This document shows positions 13,670 to 26,555 of a stretch of DNA of 64,000 nucleotides, piece after piece. Under the pieces are notes generated by a model. The model did not search any database and was not told where the DNA came from. It worked only from the letters and a program-made list of their open reading frames with translations. Source of the stretch: the human T2T-CHM13v2.0 reference genome, Homo sapiens; the NCBI RefSeq assembly GCF_009914755.1, contig NC_060926.1. One strand, given 5' to 3'. The stretch's first letter is position 1. Every line of letters begins with the position of its first letter. Position numbers and translations under genes: made by a program.

Positions 13670-14180
13670 TAATTAATAAAAATCTTTATTGATCCCCTAC
13701 ATATCTACTAGGAGCTGAAGATACAGCAGTGAATAAGGCAGATAACCCACCCACCAAGAGCTTCCATTCCTGTGTTGGAGGTTATAATGGTGATGGAGAG
13801 ACACATGATAAAGCATCAGATAGTATCATTATTCACTGTTATTCAGGAAAAGAAAGAAAGAAATTTGAAAGGATTGCCAGATGTCAGGAAAGTGCTTACT
13901 ATAGAGATGATGTTTAAGCAAAGATCTAAATATGAGAGGGAGCCAGCCAGACCAGCAGCTGGGTAATCGCTGGTATCTGCCATAGGCAACAGCAGGTCCA
14001 ACAGCCATGAGGTGAGATCTCCTTTGCCCACTTCCAGAACTGAAAATTTACAGTGGAGAAAGAACAGCATACAGATAGGCTGGAGCCAGATCCTGTGAGG
14101 CTGTGGGCCACAATAAGAAGTTCATTGAAATGGGCCACAGTGGGAGGTTCTGAGCAAGAGAGCACCATGATTCTTTACCT
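13670..14180 (-). mobile_element. L2 fragment
   Basis: tttattga...ctaggagctgaagatacagcagtgaataaggcaga...gatgtttaagcaaagatctaaa...gaggttctgagcaagagag pattern; diverged. Confidence 0.65.
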
Positions 14181-14185
14181 TACAT

Positions 14186-14428
14186 GAGAAAGAAGAAGAA
14201 GGAGGCGGAGGAGGAGGAGGAGGGGGGGAGGAGGAAGGGGAGGAGGAGGAGGGGGAGGAGGAAGAGGGGGAGGAGGAGGAGGGAAGAGGAGGAGAAGGAG
14301 AAGAAGAAGAAGAAGAGGAGGAGGAAGAAAGTGAGGAAGAGGAGGACAGGGGAAGGGGAGGGGGAGGAAGAAGAAGGAGGAGGAGGAGGGGGAGGAGGAG
14401 GAGGAGGAGGGGGAGGAGGAGGAGGAAA
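14186..14428. repeat. Polypurine (GGA/GAA)n tract
   Basis: About 240 nt almost entirely G/A on the + strand; source of the low-complexity poly-G/E/P ORFs. Confidence 0.97.
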
Positions 14429-17400
14429 TAAATTTTGGGAGAGAAACAAGATAGGGATTTAAGAGGAGAAATGTTTGCAAATCAGAGAGACGGTACCTGG
14501 ACCTAGAACCTCTGACATTTATGAGGACTGGGAGACATTCTGCTTGTCTCTTGGTAGGCTGGTTGAGTGCACCGGCTTAGAGAGAGTGTAAATGACAGGG
14601 AGAATATGGGTCTACCTAACACTGGCTCTCTAACAATAAATGACAAAGACCTAGGTAAGCCAGCTCTGAAAATCTGTGATACTAAAAATGTTTTCTTCAT
14701 ATGTAACAGTATCAAGCACAACTTAATTTAATTAATTATATGACTTCTATTAGCACTTTATAAATACCCTGTTCTAGGCTAAGCTTTGTAAAGAATTCAG
14801 GAATTCAGCACCCATATCTAATGAGTATCAGTCCTGGATACCTATTTGTACTAAAAACCAAAGGCTTCTCCTTCTTTGCTCTGATTCTAATTTTCTGACC
14901 TTGTATACACTGGTTACTTACAGATTAATACCAGTAATATCAGTTATTTCGTATTGCATAATATATTTCTGTTAAAAAATAAGAAGCATCCCTTTCTACC
15001 AATTCACTGTAGTTCTTCATTCTACATTTAGTAACAATGAGAAACTGCTCATTGAAGTAAAGCTTCTCAACTATTTAAAAACAAGAGACTGGACCTCAGA
15101 ATAAGAAAAATTGTGTGCAGTGAAACAGGTTGTAATTTATACCACCACTTCAGGCCATATTGTGCATTTTGCCAGAAAAATAAAAAATACCAAACTTGAT
15201 GGTGAGCATGCAACTGACTCCTGAACTCTTTTGTGATAAAGTATTCTTTCAAGATCCTAAGATGCAACACTAAAACATAATTGCTTGTATTAATTGTCAA
15301 TAGTAGCTCATAACAACTAGGAAACTAAGACTTTATACTGGAACAAGCTCTGTTTTGTTGCCTTTCAATCAATGTCTTCCCTGGAAGTACAAGCCTTTAT
15401 TTAACCTACACGTCTGGATATCTGAGAAGTTTCACCTTATGACTTGTTTCAATTATAAACATCCATTACAACCAGCAAGCTTCCTGTCTTACAACTACTC
15501 TCCAGCTGCTAGATTTGTAACCTGCAAGTTATTGTTTGTGTTAATGGCATCCTAGTTTTTATTTTTATTTCTGAAAAGCTATGGAGGCAGGTAGAGGCAG
15601 AGATGGAAGAGGTGGAACAGCATTTGGTATTAAAGGCCAACATGAGCCCATAATTATGTACATCTTGATCTTTGTAAATTAAGATCAAGTATATAATGTT
15701 GAACCCTAAATGCTTTCTATTCTAGGATTTGTTCAGGTTCATTTTCCTTTGTTAAATGCTCTGGTTGGCTCCATGTTATATATTTAACACCTCTTTCTTC
15801 TTGTGAGTTTGATCTAAGGGTTTCCAAAGAAGCATGATGCCTTTGAGATGAAGAGGCATGTCGTCATAGGTTACCCCCGACAGGGCCCCTGTTGCTGCCT
15901 GCCACACCTTCTCACCTTTTCAAGAAGCTTCATTCTTTCCTACGGGACCTTGAACGTCACTTCACTGGTATTCTTCAAAAACAGAAAATACAGGCTACTA
16001 AAGAGGAGGCACACTGGGCATGCCAAATTGTGGACATCCTTATCATATCCCAACCTCTGTGTGCATCTATCAGTGATACTTGTTACAGAGACATTTTAAC
16101 ATCCTTTCAAAAGGTAACTACTTGTACCTACAGCTTTTGTGATACCTGAAATCAAATGATATTATTTGAAAGATATGAGTCATGTGCTTCAAGGTAAACT
16201 GACCTTGCCTTTTTGATCTTCTAAACTATCATGTGGAAACTTGAAATTTCACTTTTCTTAGTAGAGAAGCTTAAAAGACCAACTCTAGGATAAAGCTGCA
16301 AGCGTTAAAGCTTAAAGAACCGTGAATGCCACCAACTGTGTTTCTTAGTTGCTGTAACTGTAAGAGATTGTATAGGTGAATGATCTAATTCTCCCAACAA
16401 AATCAGTCTAGATGACTTTTATTAATTAAAACAATTCTTATCCTAGTATACCTCCTCAGAGGAGGACAATCTTTTTAAGCTTCATTTAGTTGAGAAACAT
16501 TCTCCTAAATTTGATGTATCTTATAAATGAATTTTTTAATAGCATGCGTACTGCACAAATTCTACAGCAACACAGTGTATTGTATTTTGTTTTCTACATT
16601 CACACCTCCCAGTACATGGTGACATGTATTTGAGAGTGGAGAGAAACTTCAGAAGCATATCTGAGTTCTTCCAGGACAATTTCCACATCTAATGTACCAA
16701 TTCTTTAGAGGTCAGTCTTGTAAAATCATCTATTTCATTTTCCCTGAGGGATGCAGTTATTTTTGTTGCATTCGGCCCGGAAAAATTTCACTGCAAATTC
16801 AGTCCCTGACCCATGCCAAAGAACAGAATATAGCTACCCAAACCTTAAGATGTTTCTATGGTATAATACATTTCAAATGAGGTCCCTTTGTCATGCCACC
16901 ATCATAATTGACAAAATATACATTCTCTCTGCTCCACACAGTATTTCTTTAAATTCACAGCCTTTCTTTCAATATTTGAACATTTAGAATTGTGTTGTAC
17001 ACTGACAGCACTTAAGGTACCTGTAAGGGGAATGAAAGAGATATTTGGATGTATTTTCAAAATTTGAAGACAATATATTTACTGCCAAATTTGCTATGTC
17101 TTAGTGCTGCCACTCTTTACTGTCAGAGGAATATTGACATTCCAGTGATGTCTCACAAACTAAAAGGGTGGATTCCAAATTACAAGCTATCTTGTTTAAG
17201 ATACTAAATCACTGACATCATCTAAATCTATTTTTGTGACGATAAAAATACTTTAATTATAATCCATTGCTCTCAGAAAGTTATAGGACGATATCCAAAT
17301 GAGAAGCCATCAGCTTGTAAATACATAAAGTTGTGCAAGAATAAGTTAAATTACTGGCTATCTCTTTAGGACAAATTGTCAACATGTATAATTATACAAT

Positions 17401-18210
17401 AGTTTAACTGGTGAGGGGAAGGTATGCAACATATATTCTGCCAAAAAAAAAAAAAAAGCCCATAACATTCTGACAACTCATCCATATCTCTCGCCTTTGC
17501 TGCCATATCTGGAAATGGCAGAAATGCTTACATTTTTGGTTCTGCTCATATATCAGAGTATGTGTGACCCATTAGGTTGGTTTCTCTAGCAGATTTCCCT
17601 AACTGGAAGTGTCATGTAAGGAGACATCCACAAAGTGTGTGGTATTGGTGATGTGACTGCTATCTTCCTCTTTCTCTAACAAGTTGTATTAATGCAGCAA
17701 AAATCAACTGGAAGGGCATACTCTTGTCCAGAAAATTTAGAATGATAAAAATATCTAACCTAAATCAATTTGGCAAAGTTGAGGTGCTACCTGCCCTTGC
17801 TTCAGTCAGTAATTGAATTTTCCTTTGGTTCTGTTGACACAATAACAAGACCTAAAAGTAACTTCTTCGAATACATTTTTAAAAATTTCATGTCTTATCC
17901 ATTCCCATTTTCTTTATATTTTGTCTTCTGCCATGTCCTGAGAAAAATGCCTGACTTTAGAGAGAATCCTTAGATTTACCACTTGAAACTTAAAAGATCA
18001 AGTCTGAAAAATGGATACAAAGACAAGTAGCCTTTTTGTTGGCGAACAGAAGAATTAGAAATAGGTAGTCTAAGGTCAGACTCACTTTCATTTTCCTCTT
18101 CTTTATAGGCAATCTTCTGATGTTTGCTTTTCCTGAAAGAACTCAGGCCCAAATTCTTTAGGGGGATTGTCAATCAAGAGAAGCGAGGATAAGATGAAAA
18201 ATAAAGGCAA

Positions 18211-18505
18211 GGCGAGGCTCTGTGGCTCACATCTGTAATCCCAGCACTTTGGGAGGCTGAGGAGAGAGAATCACTTGAGTCCAGGAGTTCAAGACCACCT
18301 GGGCAACACAGCAAGACCCCCGTCTCTACGAAAAAATAAAACATTTAGCTGGGCATAGTGGCACACACCTGTGGTCTCAGCTACTCTGGAGGCTGAGGTG
18401 GTAAGATCACCTAAGCCCAGAAGGTCGAAACAGCTGTGAGCCATGATTGTACCACTGCACTCCAGCCTGGGCGACAGAGCGAAACCCTGTCTCACACACA
18501 AAAAA
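18211..18505 (+). mobile_element. Alu (AluJ-like)
   Basis: Dimeric Alu with J-type positions (cacttgagtccaggagttc; gagccatgattgtacc) and a degenerate TSD aaaggcaa/aaaggtaa. Confidence 0.93.
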
Positions 18506-19335
18506 GGTAAATTGTAAGAACAAAATATGGTACACATTTTCATTGAGAGACACATTTAGAACTTGGTTTTTAATTTAAGAACTTTTGTAAATACATTTAA
18601 ATTGTTCTATTCTGTAAACTGTCTTCAGTCATAAGGTAGTTAGATATTCGTTTCATTGTATCTTTCCAAGAAGACATACCTTATGATTAGAGGCGGGACG
18701 GGGAAGTGGGAGAGCAAGGAAAGAGATTAGCTTTGCTAACTGTCTAATCTGGATTTGTGTCTCTGAATAACATTTATTAGCTCTGGGCCTTTAGAAAAAC
18801 AACAGATAACGATAGACCTTGCTTTAGCACATATATCCCTATGCTAAGAGGTTTACATTAATTTTCTCATTTAATGTGCACAAAAATCCAATGAGAAAGG
18901 TACTCTCATGATTAAATCCATTTGAATAGAAGAGGAAAAATAACTTTGCCAATGTCACACAGCTTCTAAGTACCATATTTATATATTTAGGTCTGTGAAC
19001 ACAGTATATTGCTTGTCTGAACAATATGAAACTATGTATAAGTAAAAAAAGCATGCAGGTATTAAATAAAACCTAGGTCTACATTCTTTGACCATTGTTT
19101 TTACTCATGTATTTTCCCATGAAAGAACAACATTTTTGCCATACACATTTTTTGGAAATAATTTTAAAATTCCTTATTTTATATTACATTTAGAATTAAA
19201 AGTAGTCATAATAATGGGAATAATAATGAGAGCATTTCACAGCTCTCATCGACTCCTAACCTGAGAGGTTGTTAAAAGTATATAGAGTGTCTCTAAAATA
19301 TGGAAATCATCTCTTTTTTTAGGAAAAAAAAATAC

Positions 19336-19634
19336 TTTTTTTTCTTTTCTTTTGAGACGGAGTCCTACTCTGTCACCAAGGCTGGAGTGCAGTGGTGCGA
19401 TCTTGGCTCACTACAACCTCCACCTCCCAGGTTCAAGCAATTCTTGTGCCTCAGCCTCCCGAGTAGCTGAAATTACAGGCACATGCCATCATGCCTGGCT
19501 AATTTTGGTATTTTTAGTAGAGAGGGGGTTTCATTATGTTGGCCAGGCTGGTCTTGCACTCCTGACCTCAAGTGATCCACCCACCTTTGCCTCCCAAAGT
19601 GGTGGGATTACAGGCATAAGCCAGTGCGCCAGCC
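19336..19634 (-). mobile_element. Alu (AluS-like)
   Basis: Poly-T head followed by a reverse-complement Alu dimer. Confidence 0.94.
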
Positions 19635-20449
19635 AATAATATTCTCAAAATTTTAATTTTGAAGAAAATAAAAATAGATCCAAGAGAAATAGATCAAGAG
19701 TAACTCACACAAAATCTTTCTAGGAAAAATAATATCTTTTTTTACAAAAAAATCCTACTGAAGAACAAATTATCCATAATTTTGTATGTATTACCTAATA
19801 TTTGAGGCAATTGAGCATCAGCCTTCAAAAAGGAACCACCCCAGTTTCTGAGATCATGAGTTGTGCCCCATCAATAGAACTTCTATTGTGGGCATAATGG
19901 AATAAGACGAGAGAAGCACGGTGATCAGATGAAGGGCTATAGAACTAAAAAGTGATCAAAATACCTGCTGCATTTGCTATCACTTAAGCACTTTAATTAT
20001 ATATCTATTATGAAAAATTGCATTGATTTACATATTAATATTCTACATTTCAGCATGTGCCCTTTATATTCACATAAAACAGAATACACTCTGTCACACA
20101 CATTTAACCTACCTGACTCAGCCATTAAACTAAAATTTGAGAGTGGGAGAAAAAAGAAACAGAATGAATACAGTACTCCCATTGTTCTATTCAATGCCTT
20201 GGATTTTAAATCCTTAACTGTCACTCAATTGAACTCTATTTTTGTCATTTTGCCTATCAGTCATGACGGGGAGTTTAACCTAGGGTGAGCCATCAGTTTG
20301 TCTCCAAACCATTTTTTAAAATGGTCTTATGTTCCTGGGGTAGGGACCTATGTGCAAATTTTTTATATCAGTCTGTAATTTCACTTTAATCTCAATGACT
20401 CCTGGGCAGGTAGAAAAAAACAGCAAGCCAGTTTGTGCAGTATACCAAC

Positions 20450-20612
20450 ACTATCCAATAGAACTTTCTGTGATGATGGAAATGCTTCTTGTCTGACCAG
20501 TCCCACACAATAGTCATTCGCCACATGTGACTAGTGAGCACTTAAAATGTGGCAGGTGCAACTATCTGGTTTTTAATTTTAATTAATTTAAATTTAAATA
20601 GTCACATGAAGC
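20450..20612. mobile_element. MER3-like hAT DNA transposon relic
   Basis: ccaatagaactttctgtgatgatggaaatg...gccacatgtgactagtgagcacttaaaatgtggc...aatttaaatttaaatagtcacatg. Confidence 0.8.
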
Positions 20613-21544
20613 CACAGTGATGTCTTGGTATAGTTTATGTACTTGCAGCTACATTATTTAATAACAAGCACAGCCCTGTACCAGGCCCCAAATTTCTAGG
20701 TGACTGTGAAAGACAAAATGCTGGAGTAGTAACTGTCTTTCTCTATAGGCTTGTGTGTGAATTACCAGTCTTAGTTAATGTGTTTCTGGGTTTGTTTCAG
20801 GAATACTGCTGAGAACATTTCAACATCTGTTAAATTACACCAATGACTACAAGTCAGGGTATCTAATTCCTAATAGGAATCCTTACTACCATTTGGACAC
20901 CTTTTGATTCTTCTCATTTGAAACTCTTGCATTGGCCACAGCTGCTGTTCTAAATTGCCTCCACATTCAACATTTTTGTCCTACTCTTCACCTTCAAGCT
21001 CAGAAAATACACTAATGTCTCATCCACAAAGGAGCCCAAGTTCATATGATACTAGTTCTGTGAATGCATACATCACTGCCACCATGCCTCAACCTCTCTC
21101 TACTCTTCCATATTATACTCTTCTTGTCAACAAAGATGCCCATGCTTTTTAAAATCTCATCCTCATACCCGTGACATCTTATTAACCCCTTTCTACCTGA
21201 TCTGATCTCTTCTTCAAACATTATCTCTGTCTTCTTTTTGTATGTCCAATCTTTGTCTACCCACTGGCTTCTCCACTTAACATAAACCAGCAATTTTTCC
21301 CAGTTCCCTCCACTAATCACACTTAACACTATCATAATTACCATGGCTTACCTATTCGTTTCCCTTGACATCCTAGGTTTTTCCTAAATGACTTCTTTGA
21401 CCAGTGACCTGACAATCACCTAATCCAAGATACTTTAAAAACTCCCTTGGTTCTTTCTGTAGCTCTTTAATTGCTCATTCTTATTTGGTATGCTCCATCA
21501 TTCCATTGCCTGAGATTGGGCATTTTTCAAGATAAGAGAAAATC

Positions 21545-21895
21545 AATTTTCAGCCTACAGGTTAAGCCTGCTGAATTTTTGTATGGCACAAAGGCTAAGA
21601 ACAGATTTGTTTTTGTTTATTTTTATTTTTATTTTTTTACATTTAAAAGTATTTCACATTAAAAAACCAAAAGAATATTAACATTTGACATCATGTAAAA
21701 GTATTATAAAATGAAAACATAATTGTCCAGGAAGTGTTATTATAACACAGCCATAGTACTCTTTTACCTATTGTCCACGGCTGCTTTCACACTACAATCA
21801 CAGAGTTGAATAGCTGCAACAGAGGCTGTATGATCTGCAAAGCTTAAAATATGTATTATCCAGTCCTTTACACAAAAAGTTTGTTGACTTTTGCA
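21545..21895. mobile_element. MER58B-like DNA transposon relic
   Basis: ttttgtatggc...ctaagaa...ggctgctttcacactaca...cagagttgaatag...cctttacacaaaaagtttg. Confidence 0.7.
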
Positions 21896-23731
21896 CAAGA
21901 TGGTTCTCAACTTTTTTTTTTCTTTTTAAACCTTCTCCCTCACTTATCATTGCTGTTCCCATCACTTTCATGTAGTAAGGCAAGAACTAACAATTGTTGA
22001 ATCCTATAAGAAGTCAGGCACTATGCCAGGTGCTTCACAAGCATCACTGTATGTAATCCTCAACACTAAATAAGGCAGGCAATGCTACTGTACAGATATA
22101 AAATCAGGTTAAATAACTTAAATAACTTGCCAAAAGTATTGCTCGATGTTAGCTAGCAATTTGCGGAGAAGACTTCTTAGTTCATTTCAGGGAGTGGATA
22201 CCTATGCTCCACACCCAGGCTCATTTTCTAATCCCTGGAGCTCCACATCATTCACTGCATTCCAACCCGGTCACTTCCTCCCCTAGAAGGGCTTCTTTTC
22301 CTTTGAATTTCCCTCGCCATTAGTTTAGGTCAGAAAATAACTACCTCTTACCTGGATTAGGACCTGTTATTCTTTAATGCCTTTATTCTCTTCTGCCTTC
22401 CATTTACCCTGCATTTTCTTATCAACTAATCCCTCCAAAGAAATACTGTCTAACCCATCTCACGCACGTATTTACATCTCTGCAAGGATCTTGTAAAATG
22501 CTTCTCAATTTGTGATCTTGCCACTCCTCTAGTTAAAAGCCCTCCACAGATGCTAGTTGCCTAAAGAATAACTTCTATACTTCTTTCCTGTTACTTAAGT
22601 ATATTTATAATCTGGTACACCCTACAACAAATAAAGCCAGTCTGGATTGCTCATTGTTCCTCTTCTTTCTGCCACTTGGAATTCCTGTCCCTTCATTTAC
22701 ATCTGATTACTTGAGACAGGAGAGTTTTTATCCTTCTCTCCCTGAACCACTTTCCTTTCATGTCATTTTTTTCTAACTGCCTGGCAGGAGAATTTTCAGT
22801 ATGCATATCTAATCTCCATAACTCTACTGTAATCTCCTCAAAGGCATGTACTCATCTTATTCTCTTTGTACAAAATTCCTGATAGCATCCAATACAATTC
22901 AAGGTAGATTTTTTTAGTTGTTAACCAACAGCTATACTCTCATTTTCCTTTTTGCCAGCAGAGGCTCCATTTTTGTTTATACAGTGAAGGCTTCCCATCC
23001 CCGATTTCCGATTCCCCATCTCCAGTGGCTTGGTCATAATGGACCTAAACCAGTTAAGGCAAATAAATGGCTCATTGACATGGAAATGAGTCCCTCAGAG
23101 AAAGAATTTCCTCCTTAATAAAAAATGATACATAGAAGGAAACACCCTTCATTGCCAGAAACAAGCTTCAACTATCTTAAAACAGTGAGGAAAAGCATAG
23201 TTATCACACTCAAGCTATTCTATGGAAAGATGAAAAGCTCCTTGGTATTTGATGACTTGTTTTAGCCACTGAGTTAGTCAATCCCACTGCAGTCTTATTT
23301 CTAGACTTCTCATTAAGAAGTAATAGAAATTCATTACTGTTGAAGCTACATTTAATTGTGTCCATTATTATTTGCAGAGTCTTCTGATTCACATGTCAAT
23401 AAACATTTCTTGAAATTTAAATATATGAGTGCATGTTTAAAAATACACAAACTTATATTGCATGTATGTTCTGTACTCAGCTATGCCATGTGTTATTATT
23501 ATTTTTCATTATTACATAAAATACTATTTGGTACTGTTTTTGGAAGATCTTCAGTGGAAGAAACGTTTCTTCTATATATTTTCTCAGTATAAAACACATT
23601 ACAGTTGTCTAACATTGATAGGTAGCTAGCAGGAGGTAATAATTTTTTTTTTTTTTTCTGATTTCTTCCCAGGGTGTTATGGGCAGCGAAAACGTAGTAG
23701 AAGTATGTATCACTCAGATTATTCAAAAATG

Positions 23732-23867
23732 AAAGAGAAACATAAAAGAGAGAAAGGAAAGAAGAAGGGAGTGAGAAAGGGAAGGATGGAAGGAGTTGGG
23801 GAGGGAGGGAAGGTGGAAGGGAGGGAAGGAGGGGAGGAGAAAGGGAGAGGGGAAAGGAAAGAAAGGA
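23732..23867. repeat. (GGAA/GGGA)n polypurine tract
   Basis: Directly visible purine-rich low-complexity run. Confidence 0.9.
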
Positions 23868-24056
23868 ATATTTTGTATGCAAATGATAAATAGGTTGCAG
23901 AGGTCAGTAGCCTGATACTGAGACAGCTTCAGAAATAAAAGCAGATGGTAGAGCTTTTGCTTTTTTTCTCTCTTGGCCACAAAACTCCTGCTAATTGAAG
24001 TAGCAACTGAACAAGCTGCTCTTTCACTCCCCTGACAATATTTATGTTTCACTTAG

Positions 24057-24462
<406 letters not shown>

Positions 24463-25571
24463 ATCTTTTGCTTTTTCTATGAGTGGATTCCTCTCTTCAC
24501 ATGACTTCATCTTGAAGAGAAACAAATGAATAAACTACCACTACCTCTCAAAGTATCTCCCAAGACTGAATAAGGTTTCCTGAAAAAAGGACAATGAGCT
24601 ACTGTGAGTAAGTGACATATCCTGAATGAGAAATGGCAGTTTCCTACAAGCTGGACGCCAGACTTGAAAGAAACAGCACGAAATGGGAAGGTCATCTTTA
24701 AGAGTCTATTCTTATCTGTGAAATATATTTACAGCCAATAAAAACAATTTTTTAAAAAAAATTTCTTTGTTCACTTTTTGAATCTTGAAACCATGGAATG
24801 GAATTAATGTTACCAGCAGTAATTTTATTGTCTATCTTGGACTGCACTCTTCAGAACTTTCTCACTGCTGCTCTCATAAGACTATTTTTTTTTTCCCTCC
24901 TGCAGATCAGACTTTATTTCCAGAAATGGAAACAACATGAAAAGTGCTGAGAAATTTGCCAACCCAGCTTGCCCACATATTTATATCTGTGTCAGGATAC
25001 AGTATTGTATTTACCAAGATTAAATTATCTGCTGTCAAAACTCAATGAAAATCATGGTATACACCAAATTGCACTTTAGAAATATAAGCACCTAATTTTT
25101 TTCAAAATGCAAATAACATATTGAACTATGTATATTTACAGGGTTATACTGTACAAAATAGAAACAATATAAAATACAATATATAAAAGCATTTTAGAGA
25201 CAGAAAAAAGTACACAGTTGCTAAGTTTAGCAGAGAGAGTTGGATGCTGAATAACTAAGAAGATTCTGCAGAAATGGGTTCAAGTTCCACATCTGCCACT
25301 CACCATCTGTGTTCTTATACAATCATTTAAGTAGTCACCTGCAAATCGGGGATAATTCCTGCCCTCCCTGCTTCATTTATAATGAATAAATGTAAACATG
25401 TATGTGAATACATTATGCAAACTATAAAATATATATAATTAAATGCAAGAAACTTTGAAAGATGACATATTTGAATTCCCGAAGTACTTCAATTTCTGCT
25501 CCAAAACTCAATTCTTCTTTCTAGAATCATAAGATTTTAAAAATGTAAAGAAACTTAAACATTATGTAGTC

Positions 25572-26053
25572 TGCATAGTATTCCATGGTATATATGTACC
25601 ACATTTTCTTTATCTAGTCTACCCTTGATGGGCATTTAGGTTTATTCCACATCTTTGCTATTGTGAATAGTGCTGTGATGAATATACACAGGCATGCGTC
25701 TTTATGGTAGAACAATTTAGATTCCCTTGAGTATATACCCAATAATGGGATTGCTGGGTTGAATGATAATTCTGCTTTGAGTTATTTGAAAAATCACCAG
25801 ACTGTTCTCACTATCAAGTGGGAGCTAAACATTGAGAACACATGGACACAAAGAAGGGAACGACAGACACTGGGGCCTTCTTGAGGGTGGAGGGAAGGAG
25901 GAGGGTGAGAATTGAAAAACTACCTGTTGGTTACTATGCTTATTACCTAGGTGGTAAAATAATCTGTACACCAAAACCCCGTGACACACAATTTACCTAT
26001 ATAGGTAACCTCCACATGTACCCCTAAACTAAAATAAAAGTTATAAAAATAGA
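25572..26053 (+). mobile_element. 5'-inverted truncated L1 (old L1PA, PA15/16-like) inserted in a MIR
   Basis: 25572-~25803 is antisense L1 and ~25804-26053 is a sense L1 3' end with A-rich tail. Degenerate 15-bp TSD at 25557-25571 and 26054-26068. Confidence 0.85.
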
Positions 26054-26252
26054 AAATATCATGTAGTCAAACTCCTTTATTTTACATATAACTAACATAA
26101 GCCCAGAAATTTTTAATCACTTATCCAAGGTTAAAAAAGAAAAATCTAAAGAAAAAGAAAATTTTGAAAAAGAAGTCTAGATTACAATTTAATCTATTGT
26201 TCTTCCTGGTAACCAGCTCCCCTACTATTTAATATAGAAGTGTTTAACACAA

Positions 26253-26555
<303 letters not shown>

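Noticed and set aside
14175-14480. Poly-Pro, poly-Gly/Glu and Arg/Lys-rich ORFs
   Set aside because: Translations of the (GGA)n tract; the same applies to 23499-23893 and 36340-36753.
14803-14823. TTCAGCACC resembling a REST/RE1 site
   Set aside because: Only the left half-site; no GGACAG right half at canonical spacing.
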